Position numbers and translations under genes: made by a program
Shown here: one piece after another, positions 21,983 through 32,614 of the stretch
Numbering within the stretch: position 1 is the stretch's first letter
How the letters are laid out: every line of letters begins with the position of its first letter
Source of the DNA: Schizochytrium sp. TIO01
Lineage: Eukaryota > Protista > Bigyra: Labyrinthulomycetes
Length of the DNA stretch: 64,000 nt
Direction: 5' to 3'
Assembly: GCA_004764695.1 (NCBI GenBank)
Contig: SMSO01000006.1
Coordinates: forward strand, 821,859 to 885,858
Notes under the pieces: generated by a model
Databases searched by the model: none
Told to the model about the DNA's origin: nothing
What the model saw: the letters and a program-made list of their open reading frames with translations, nothing else

Positions 21983-23266
21983 ATGTCGGATCTCCCAAGA
22001 CTGGAGGCATATGCGGCGCCGCGCGAGCCCAGTCAGAGTGCGGCCGGGTCCGTTCGCGGGCTCCTTGACATTCGGCTCACGGGTGGTCTGGAGCTTCTCG
22101 TGCAGCGTGTGCGCGAGATGGCTTCTTCGAAATGTAACGTGGTAGCTAGCCAAATCGAAGAGACTAAAGGAGTTTTGGAGACCATTGTGGAGGCCTCTGT
22201 AGATCCTGACTGTGCTGAGGAAATCGGGTACCTTGGCGGTCACATGCTAGCCAGTAGACTGCTCGAGCGCTGCGCTGTGGAAGCTGCCGAAGCCGAAGCC
22301 GAGGCGGAGGACGAAGGAAACGATGAAGGTGAAGACAAAGACTGTATTGCACAAAATCATCTAGATAAGAGCGCTGTAGAAAACATCTCAGAAGTGCAAG
22401 ATGCGAAAGAACAGTTGAGATCCCCTTGGGCAGATGAGGTTGTTGGCGACCTGGTAGCGGAATGGACATCAACTACGCTGTCAAGTATTGGCAAGCTTAT
22501 TCGAGATGCACCTGTAGGTGTATTGGATAACCGCCCAGGTCCGTTTGTGGTACATCTGGAAGAGGATGTGTCAGTTATTCTGAGAGAAGTTCGAGATGAC
22601 TTTAGTGAGGCCGCGCATGGCGACAAGGCCAACGTTCGCGTGGGATACAAGCTCTGGGGGGGCGCAGTTGTGCTAGCATTAGCTGTGCTCAAAATGGGTC
22701 GCGAGGGAGAATTAGTCGGGAAATCTGTGCTTGAGTTAGGCGCTGGGCTTGGCCTGTGTGGTTTAGTAGCTGCGCGACCAGAATGTGGTGCATCGCAGGT
22801 GACGATTACAGACTTCCACCCTCGTATTGTTAGTAATCTTTCGTATAACATTGCGGTCAACGATCTGCCTACTGATCACTGTTCTGCAAAGGTGCTTGAC
22901 TGGGAGGAGATTGATGCGACCCTTGATGAGGGCACTCGCTATGATATCGTGATTGGATCAGACATTGTTTGCCAAGCTCTTGACTGTGAGCTAGTAGCAA
23001 AGGTGTTACAACGCATACTTGATCCAGAAGAAGGTGTCGCATGGATCACGTTAGGGTCAGCGGAGTCCCGCTTTGGTGTAGACGCTTTTGCACCGGCAAT
23101 GGAGGCGGCTGGTCTGCAGTGTAGTGAAATGACTGTCGACATCCCAGAGGTTTGTTTGCCAGCTTCAGAAGGATCTACGGCACGAGGCGAAGTCTTCCTC
23201 GGTACTGCACGTTCCTATGTTACGTTTAGAATAGAATTTGGTCCTGAGCTTCGCTCGAGTGCTTAG
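21983..23266 (+). CDS. Seven-beta-strand SAM-dependent methyltransferase, Methyltransf_16 (METTL21/EEF2KMT-like) family, with acidic/helical N-terminal extension
   Basis: Motifs VGYKLWGGAVVLA, motif I VLELGAGLGLCGL, VTITDF, LSYNIAVN, VLDW and YDIVIGSDIV. Confidence 0.88.
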   Translation: MSDLPRLEAYAAPREPSQSAAGSVRGLLDIRLTGGLELLVQRVREMASSKCNVVASQIEETKGVLETIVEASVDPDCAEEIGYLGGHMLASRLLERCAVEAAEAEAEAEDEGNDEGEDKDCIAQNHLDKSAVENISEVQDAKEQLRSPWADEVVGDLVAEWTSTTLSSIGKLIRDAPVGVLDNRPGPFVVHLEEDVSVILREVRDDFSEAAHGDKANVRVGYKLWGGAVVLALAVLKMGREGELVGKSVLELGAGLGLCGLVAARPECGASQVTITDFHPRIVSNLSYNIAVNDLPTDHCSAKVLDWEEIDATLDEGTRYDIVIGSDIVCQALDCELVAKVLQRILDPEEGVAWITLGSAESRFGVDAFAPAMEAAGLQCSEMTVDIPEVCLPASEGSTARGEVFLGTARSYVTFRIEFGPELRSSA

Positions 23267-24296
23267 AATCGTGTGCAGCTCTGAGGGTTAGTTATTGTAA
23301 AGCTAAAGAAAAATTATTTTAGAATCATGTTGTATTTTTATAATCAAGGGAAAGCAAAAATTTTCACTGCTTGAAACTAGGCTTTATTACGAGGCTACCC
23401 TGACCTTTCATTTCTTGAGAGAATGAGAGATTGAAGATGGCTAAGTCTAGCACTGAGAAAATCATATGAAATTCATTGAAACAAGAAACTACAGTGATGA
23501 TATAATAAGCGTTTGATCATGCGGCACGAGAGCCAGAAATTGTACATTCATTGATATCTTAGCTATTAAATTCGCGTGGGCGCAAGCATTTGTGTGTGTG
23601 TGTCGATCTTATTGGTAGTAATTTTAAACCTGCCGTCGAGAGGAAGGCCAATCCATAAAAGCACAATCAGCAGCATTAGCATTGTTTTAAGCTGAACATC
23701 CCTTGTCTTCGTTTTTTTGTCCATTACAGTTACGAGGTCGCAACAGAGTGTGAGCGGTTGGGCTACCTGTATCACATCTGATTCCGAGAATCAGTCAAAT
23801 GCCGAGGGGGGTGTTTTCTTTTTGGAGTGATCGAAAAAGGGGTTATGCTGTGTGGATTGCTCGTTTGCTTCCTGCATGTTATTCTGAGGGCCTGGCAGGG
23901 AGATGTAAAAAACAAACAGGACGTCACCTAACAGGAGAAAATCAGATGCACCAGTCAATTGGAAGAGAGCGTTTAGATGGGTAGTATGCACACCACCCTC
24001 AATCAGCATGTATGTATACATACGTGAGGTGTGTATGTTATTGAGATTGCGCATCAGAAAGGGCGTTTGAGACTAGACAACGACCAGTCGTTTTGAGTAT
24101 TTTGGGGTAAAGCTCATTCTCTTGCTACATTGCTAAAATTCGTTCCTACTTACTCAATGGCACCGCACGGGTGCCATGAATGCAGTCAGAAATTGAGACA
24201 TTGATATATGTCAAACAAACTTCTGTCTGGAGGGAATTCTTCATAAAAGTAGCAAGACGCGAGAGGGGCTGGAGTTTAGAAAAGGGCACTTGAAAA

Positions 24297-25803
24297 TTAA
24301 GCCTTCAATCCCTGGGTTGCCTCAGTTTCGTGGGTCTCCTTGGGGCTGGTGGTAGACGAGGAAGACGAGGCTGGGTTGATTTCGCTCTCATCATCAGACT
24401 TGCGCTCATGCACGTCAGATTCACTGCAAATAGAGTCACCCTTAATCTTGATTTCGGTTTCTGCGACAATCTTGTGTACGAGGTCAATGGCAGCCTGAGC
24501 AGACTCAACCTTAACTACAACCTCGCCAAGCCACACAGGGAAACCAGTGTCAGTACCAACGACATGGTCACCAGCCTTGAAGAAGCAGGATGAGTACATA
24601 ACGCCGGGGATAGCGAGAATGCGCTCCGGGAAGGTGTCATCCATGAGAGTACCAGTGCGCCCACAGGTGAACGAGTAGTCGCTCATGCCAAAACGAGGCT
24701 TCGAAGACGGCGGGTTAACAGGGACGCCCATGGAAAGGAGAAAGGAGTTAGCAAACATATCAACACCGTAAACGTTTTCTTGGAAGTTCTGAACGTTGCC
24801 ACCGCCAACGCGTGCGTTACACTCAATGAGACGGGGTCCTTCTGTGGTCAAGATAGACTCGACGTGAAATGCACCCTGAGAGAATCCGAGAGCGCGAATG
24901 ACATTAATGGTGTATTCTTCGAGGTCTGCAACGTCCTTCTCAGGGAAGACGCTAGGGCAGTTAGAGCCGGTTTCAAGGAAGTAAGGTGCGATGCAGTCCC
25001 AGTTGTCGGTAGTAGAAATAAATCGTGCTTCTCCGTCGTACATAATGACATCGACGTCAAACTCAGGTCCAACAAGGAGCTGCTCGACGAGGACGACGTT
25101 CTGCATACCAATGGAGGAGAGTGCCCAGTTGGACTTAAGATCCTCTTCGATCTTATCAAAGGCCTCGTGAGCCTCCTCGAGGGAGTTGGCACGGAACACA
25201 CCACAGGATCCTGCGCCACTGGAAGGCTTGATAATAACAGGGAAGCCGACATGCTCAGTGACCCTTGGTGAGCTCGTCCTTGGAGATGGCAACGCCGGAG
25301 CGGGGCATGGGAATGCCCTCGGCACGGCATGCCTCACGGGTCGCGCTCTTATCACGTGCAGTGGTGTAAGCCTTTACGGGGTTACCGGCGAGTCCGAGGT
25401 GGTTGGCAATGGTAGAGGCAACGACAATGCCCTGTTCGTACGGGCTGTGAACACCATCAACCTTGATGTCTGCCTCGGCAAGAGCGGTTTCCACACGCAT
25501 GCCAACGTCTGACTCCTCAAGAGCAGCAAAGATAGCGTGGTCCATAAGCTGACGCTCCTTAAAAACCGGGTAAAGTTTCTCCATGGGAGAGGAGAAGACA
25601 GCGACAATCTTGACACCACGTTCGCGAACCCACTGGACGCGGCTCTGTAGCGAACTAGAAATCATGGGTACTCCGGGAGCACAGACCCAAAGCACAGTTT
25701 TGCCGTTCAGAGATTCGATGCGGGCTTTCTGGGTTTCCTCATCAGCAAGGTTAGCAGCCAAAAGGGCCTCACGGCTGGCATCGTTGGAGGTCATGGCGGC
25801 CAT
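24297..25803 (-). CDS. ATP-grasp amino-acid ligase (carnosine synthase CARNS1-like / L-amino acid ligase family), split by a +1 frameshift at ~25262-25264
   Basis: 5' ORF: DGVHSPYEQGIV...LGLAGNP...ARDKSATREACRAEGIPMP. 3' ORF: HVGFPVIIKPSSGAGSCGV, VEQLLVGPEFDVD, DNWDCIAPYFLETGSNCPS, GAFHVE and GPRLIECNARVGGG. Removing one G from AAGGGTC gives a continuous 501-aa protein. Confidence 0.9.
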
Positions 25804-27745
25804 GGTTGCGTTCGGTGTGGGTTCTTTTTGTGTCCCCAAATTTAACGTAGCTGTTTGTCACAACTGTAAGAGGTTCACCTCAATCTTACAGCGTTTTCAC
25901 GACGGCGTGCAAATCCTCGGTCTGTATGGCCGGTGCGTCGGCCTTGAATTCCTGTGTTGCGCCTTTTCTTGATCGGCAAATAGATTTAATATATACGAAA
26001 TATATCGCACCTAACAGACGACGACGAGGACGACGACGACGGCGATCAACCTAGAAAGGCCGGATCTCGCTTCGGCTCGCTAGGGCAGGCGAGGTTCTTG
26101 GAGTCTACTATAGTTGCTGCAGGCGGGCTGCTCGATTGAGCGTACACGAGGACGCTGGCCTGGGCGCTGCGGAGCAGGACCTGGGTGGTGTATGCGGAGT
26201 ATACAATTGCAGAGTAACTCTGCCTCGTTGCGGTTCTGCTTCTCTCCTCTTCTTCTTCTTTTTCTTCTTCTATTTCCAATCGATCTAAACAACTTTTTAT
26301 TATTTATTTATCAATACTTAAAGAATTATTTCAAACTAAACTTTACATACCAATTAAAATCTCATGAATTCCGAAGTACTTTTTTATAACAATAATAATA
26401 ATAATAATAATAATGTGCTTCCGTAAATATCATGGTACTTCGTGTTTTTCCTTTTAATGTTTATTCTCGTGCTACTAACTTGAAAGTTTACGACCTGAAA
26501 CTTTTCAGCTCGCGTGAAACCTTGAACTTTTATTTCTTCACAGCGATCCATACCCACAACCTCCTCTTTTCGAGTCAAGTGTATATGAGTCGAGATCCTT
26601 TCTACTCCGACTTGAAGAGCCAAAAGGCGAGCAGAGACAATGCTTTAGTGGCCTTTCCGCCATCGATGGCGATAAACGCTCATGATCTGCTCATCAACCG
26701 ACTTGAGTCCTTTCATACAATTTCTTTTTTCTTTTTTCTTTTCTTCTATCTTTCTTTCTTTTTCTTCTATAAAAGAGACGTAATGATGCTGCTCACCGCA
26801 GCTGGTATTTTATTCGTTATGACTTAATGACTTATCGCATAATGTCATTTGTGAACGAGTTTGACGTTCGTACAGATATATCCTCCTCAAGACTTCTTAT
26901 TTTCTTTGTGCGACCTTTCCTCGGCGCCGCTCGTGCTCATAACGTCAGCGTCGTCGCGAGAAGAGGAGTCTAACCAGGCCAGAAAGAAATAACCTCAAGA
27001 AGGAGAAAGCAAGAAACAGAAAGACACGTCTCTTTATGGTAGTGAAGAGCAGCTCTAAAGAGAGCGCTTCCTTCCCTCGAACAAAGTTTTGTGGTATTTT
27101 TTTAAGCAATCAATCAAAAGAAAACCCCAAAAGAAACAGAGGCAGTTGGATGTACTAAAATCCGACGCATTCCGAGCGTCATCTATTTCTTAAGATTCTT
27201 CTCTTAAAAAAGCCTTTTTACCCTTTTAAACATATAAAATATATATGAAACATCACAGTGCTATCTATGTATTTGCTATTCTTAACTCAAGTCATACTGT
27301 ATCTACATTTTCCATTTAAACGCCATTCGCTGACTCTTCTTTTCTCCGCCTCTCTCGATCTTGACTCCTCAGAGCAATGAATAAGCGTAGAATGAACGAA
27401 TGAATAAGCACAGAATGAATGAATAAATAAACAAACAAACAAATAAGCAACTGTATAAATAAGCCAATAATGAATAGAATAAATAAATAATGACTGAATG
27501 ACCGAATGAATGAACGAATATCCAAAACCTAGCTCTCGCAGAGTCCGTGTCAGGACTCCCCGGCATTCCTTGGTTCATCTCCTTCACCCATCCGCCCATC
27601 GTCCATCGACCTCGGGCCTCCTTCTGCTCAGGCGTACGCGCCCACTGATTGATTCTGCGGCCTCCTCTCCTTGCCCAGGAAGCCTCGCAGCGCTGGCTCC
27701 ACCGCTCCAAGCAGAACCGGTGTCCACAGAGCAGGCATCGCCAAC

Positions 27746-27835
27746 CTCATCTTGAGCTTGCCTCATCTTGAGCGTGGACTTGAGCGTGGACTTGAACTTG
27801 AGCGTGAACTTGAACTTGAGCGTGAGCTTGAGCTG
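27746..27835. repeat. Degenerate hexamer repeat (TTGAGC/TTGAAC/GTGGAC/GTGAAC)
   Basis: Directly visible; gives the spurious AQVQVH ORF. Confidence 0.8.
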
Positions 27836-28301
27836 AGTTCGTTGGCGTGAACCTGGGCGTGGATATCATGGTACCTTGCCCAGAGCTTGCTCTTGTTACA
27901 AGTGCTGCGGAACAATCAATCAGCACAGCCGTTGTCAGCAATCGCTCCCTCCTTTACAACCAAGCAAGCAACAACGAATACGCGCTGCGGAGTTGAAGAG
28001 CAGACGTGCCGTGTCTCCTGAAGAGCCCTGTCTCGCGTCGAGGGCTGCTGCTCGAGGCCGCTTGGTTGGAAGCCGCCGCTGGAGGCTCGTCGCTTCTTCT
28101 GGTCTCCGCAGTTATCATGGATCCTGGAAAACAAACCTTCTTCGTTTCTTGAGTTACTTGTTGTGTTCGACTTTTACTCTGCTTTTGCAATTCTGGCGCC
28201 TCTTTTTTCTTTTTATTTAATTGTCCCTGCTCTTTTCATTATTATTATTTTTTATGATATTAGTACAATATTGAATTTATTTTCCTATGTTTTAAAAGCG
28301 G

Positions 28302-28334
28302 GAATGAATGAATGAATGAATGAATGAATGAATG
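28302..28334. repeat. (GAAT)n microsatellite
   Basis: About 8 units. Related GAAT/ATTC tracts occur at ~27376-27520, 30045-30067, 34371-34430 and 38572-38591. Confidence 0.9.
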
Positions 28335-29438
28335 AGTGCGCTTTTAAGACGGCCAGCCCCCTCTCTTTTTAGACAGACACCCCTATCTTCGGTTGGCTAA
28401 AAGGGGGTTTTGCTAAGCGGCGGTGGTTGAATTTTGGTAGGTAGGTTAGGTTTCCAGCTTCCTGCAGGCAACCAAAGACAGACTGCATAATCTTGAAAGA
28501 TGACGTTCCTAAATGTATGTAGCCCGGTTTCTCTCTCTTTGCTTTGTTGCATCGCGGTTTCGTCCTCAAAGTTCGAGCATTCAGCCATCGCTGTTTCCCT
28601 TTTCCAGGCACCAGAACAAACACAACAACATATCTATTGCAATTTATTTATGAATTCATTCTGTAGCAAACAGATGAGCATGTTTTAAAATTAATTATTA
28701 TATATATATATATATTAATACTATCCAGGTAGGAACCACCGCCTATTTTCTCACTTTCAAAATTAAAAGCTTTCCTTTCCATACAAACATACCTTTAAAA
28801 ATAAAAATAAAATAATTAATTAATTAATTAATTAAAAGCTATATTTATACATAGCTGCGTATAAAGCATTCGCAGCACAGACTGCAAAAGAGGGATCTTC
28901 GATTGGCCGCCAGTGCTCGTTCCTTCGCAGGGGAGGGGAAGGCCGCGAGGAGCCTGAGGCCGCGCCTTTCGGGGCCCCTCCAGGTGGGTCCCACCTACCC
29001 TTGGCCAGCTCTGGCGGCCCTTCGGCAGCCTCGTGGCTGTCCTGGCCCAGTTGCTCCTCGACGGGTGGCCTCGAATCGCCATCGCCGCCACTTTCATTTT
29101 GTCTCTCGATCTCTTTATTTCGTTATAAAAGAAACCCTTCTTCAGGAAAATTAATTTTTCATATTATTGATTTATTTCAATTTATATCATTCATTTGAGT
29201 GAAATAAAATACGTGCGATAAAGGTTCAACAAAGGGCAATCCTTGTTTCTGATCGCACATAGATGGAATCTCCTTTTAGAATGAATATACATTTCATGTT
29301 TCTCACTCCAACTGAAGAAGGGGAGAATAAGTTCTTCTACTACCGTGGCGTGTGTATTTTAATGTGGCGATGATAAAAACGTGTTCTCCACTATCCTTAT
29401 TGCAGGAAAGAAAAGAACTAACTTGGGACTACTGACTT

Positions 29439-29472
<34 letters not shown>

Positions 29473-30309
29473 CGACGACCGACTGTTTCCCAAACAAATG
29501 ATAAACAAATAAACAAATGATAAATAAATAAACAAATAATAAACAGATAAAGAACAACACAATTAAACAAATGAATATCAGGGCATCAAACCTTTCATGC
29601 GAAACAGGCCGTACTATTTTATCTTATGAAGAGCCGCCGGCTGACTGATTGGCGCTTAAGCGTGCTTCCTTTCAGCTCGCCTGGTTGTCGCTGTGGCCCC
29701 TCCCTCTCAGGACCTCAGCTTTCTCCTGAGGCGCCAAGAGTCAGTCAGGAACGAGCTCTGACTGAGTCCGTACCGATCACGCCTTTCGCTTTTTTCATGG
29801 CCATCTACTTTCACTTCACTTCACTTCGCTTCACTTCATCCCGCGTTCCGCCAACGTTCTGCATTCCAGAGACGGCGTGCGTAGGGGACGCTAGGCAGGT
29901 GCTACTACCAGGTGGGCGGGTGTTCCCTACCGCGCGGAACGAGACGGTGTAGAACAGAACAGCAGCGAGCAAACCTAAGGAGAAAGAAACTGTTTTCTGC
30001 AAACGTAGTACGAAGTGATTCAAGCGATAGAGCAATCTCTTACAATGAATGAATGAATGAATGAATGCACCACCAAGAAGGAGAAGAAATAAAAGACGAT
30101 TTAGTTTAGGAGGTCAACAATGTCCACCCATAAGTAAAAGCTTTCTCTCTTTCTCCCTTCTTGCGCAGTGCAACTTACCTCTTCTTTTTCAACATTCTAT
30201 TTTTTATTTTCTATTTTTTCAGTAATTAACTTTTATTAAGTTCTTTCTTTCAATGAAACGTGGCATTCCGACTTGAATGGCCATCGCCGCTGCTGTGGTG
30301 GGAAGCTAG

Positions 30310-30640
30310 CTACCTATCCATCTATCTATCAACATATCTATCTATCTATCCGTCCATCTCTCCCTCCCTCCCTTCCTCCCTCCATCCATCCATCCAACTG
30401 CCTGCTTGTTGGGTCTCGATCCCTCTTCGATCGCAATCCCATTCATTCTCCAGCCAATCCGCGCGGCCGCTGCCTTTCTTCTGCAGCCAAGCACACAGAA
30501 AGACAGACAGACAGACAAACAAATAAACAAACAAACAAACAAACAAATAAACAAACAAACAAAATAAACAAACAAACAAACAAACAAAATAAACAAACAA
30601 AATAAACAAACAAAATAAACAACCAAATAAACAAACAAAC
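30310..30640. repeat. Compound microsatellites (CTAT/CCAT/CCCT, then AGAC/AAAC)
   Basis: Two repeat tracts separated by a short unique segment. Confidence 0.85.
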
Positions 30641-32531
30641 AGTCACTATTTATTCCTTCGCACGCGCTCGCACTCTCGCGAGCAGCGCGGCGAGAGAGAA
30701 GAAGAGAAAGAAGAAGAGGGAGAGAGGACACTTGACTTGGTGCGCATTTGTTGTTTTAAAACAGTGGCTGTGTAGAGCATGGGTTGATGGAGTGCTAGGA
30801 GGGGGATAACAATATTTCATTTTATTCCCACTCAGCAGCAAGATGGAGAGGTGCTTAGGAACTATGTACTGTTAAAAAATATATATATATTCTACTTTCA
30901 AAGAAGGTGGAAAGAATTGAAATTAAGATTAAAGAAAGATAGCTGATTGTTTGTTGTCTGTTTAGCTGTTTAGCTGTTTAGGAGAGGGCACTAAAGAGAG
31001 AGAGTAACTGCTTGTTGTCCACTGTATGGATGGACGGGGATAGATTCTGATAACATAGATAGATAGCGCCTATGCAGCGCGATGCGGTGCAGTCTAATTG
31101 TAGAACAAGCGTTGTGAGTGAGGGAAGAGGGAGAAAGACTGCCGTTCAGGTCGATTGTGATGAGCTTTTCGCGAAAATCCGGCAGAAGACACGTTCATCC
31201 ATGAGGACGGGAGACATCTAATGAGGATATACGCGTGGCAAACCTGAAGAGAACTCAGGAAAAACGTGTGCAAATATTTCCACAATACCCCTCTGGTGAT
31301 CGCGCGCCACATTAGTACTGTCAATCTCACTGACCTCCTATGGGGGGTCAGATAGATCTCTTTGATGTGTTTTCTCGCTGGCTATCGCGGCTTTCAAAGC
31401 GGAAAGAAAGACACTGTCCCCTCTCCAAAAAGGATGACCCTGCGGTCTGAAAGGCGCAAATAATTACTTTTGAATAAAACTAATTTTCTCAATACATTTT
31501 CATTTCAATTTAGTTTCCTTTTTATTTAATGCTCAAAAAGCTCCAAAGCTTTAGTTACAAAACATTTACAATTGAAAAAATATATATATATAAATAAACT
31601 TGAAAAAAACAAGAAGAAGAAGAAGACGAATAAAATACTGAGAGAAGCATTTCAATTTTGGACAGAGACAGGCGCGAGGTGTCGCGCCGCTCGGAGGCCA
31701 CCATTGTTCAGAACTAATCCTCTTTTGGCTTATCTCGAAATTGCTGTTGGGGTCTTCTGCCTCCGTCGGCTGCGCATGTTGCCCGGAGCGGTATCGCCTA
31801 TGACTAAAAATGGCCCCGGGTTCAGGCTCGCAACCCGGCGATTGCTGGTTTCTGGCCGAAGGGATTTTCCAAGGTCCTGCTTCTTCTTCACGATCTCAAG
31901 TTCAGGAATGATGGAGATAAACTTCGTTTGACTTTGCTCACAGCTTGCTAGACGACAGTAAGTGACTGCTACATCTCTAGGCTCTTGCGCTTTTCATCGC
32001 TCCAGCCGGCTTGTGCGGCGCGTGCTGCCGGGATTCTCCGCGTAGCCTGACGCATGACACCCCTTACGGATTTATTCCTCCGTCGACCGACGAGCCTGAA
32101 TGCAATGTCCAGCGAGTATGAACAAGCGGCGCTGTGCCGTGGTTGGCTTGTTGTCTTGCCGAAAGCACGCCTGCGCGATGCCATGCCTGTAAATAACCAG
32201 ATCGACAAACAATTGCTTAGGTCTTTGTATTTTATTCCCAGCGAGCAAAAGTTTCCTCTTTTTTCTTCTTTTTTTTCTTCTTCTTCTTCTTTCGAAGTTG
32301 AGTTCTTCAGCTATAGCACAAAAGTAGCGAAATAAAAAGAAGAAGCCGTGTTCTGTTTTAGTGCTCGAGCTCCACAGAAGTTAGTTCGTTGGCGGCGGTA
32401 GCTTTGTAGCACGCACTGCTATTAATTCTTATATGATTACGTCGAGGAAGGGTTTTGTAGAAGAGAAGATTCTCCTCTCCAATGCTATTTTCCGCCTGCA
32501 GAGCGCTCGCCGATCACCCGCTCACTCACTC

Positions 32532-32533
<2 letters not shown>

Positions 32534-32614
<81 letters not shown>
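32534..32614. repeat. (CAAT)n perfect microsatellite, ~20 units
   Basis: Directly visible. Confidence 0.97.

Noticed and set aside
25255-25257. UGA as selenocysteine or read-through in the ATP-grasp gene
   Set aside because: The downstream domain is in the +1 frame, so read-through would not restore it, and no SECIS core is present in the 3' hairpins.
28920-28985. Minus-strand GGC-UCCUCGCG-GCC followed by CUGCGAA, resembling HDV-like ribozyme P3/L3 and J4/2
   Set aside because: No GG for P1.1, no P4 and no P2 complementarity, so the double pseudoknot cannot be built.
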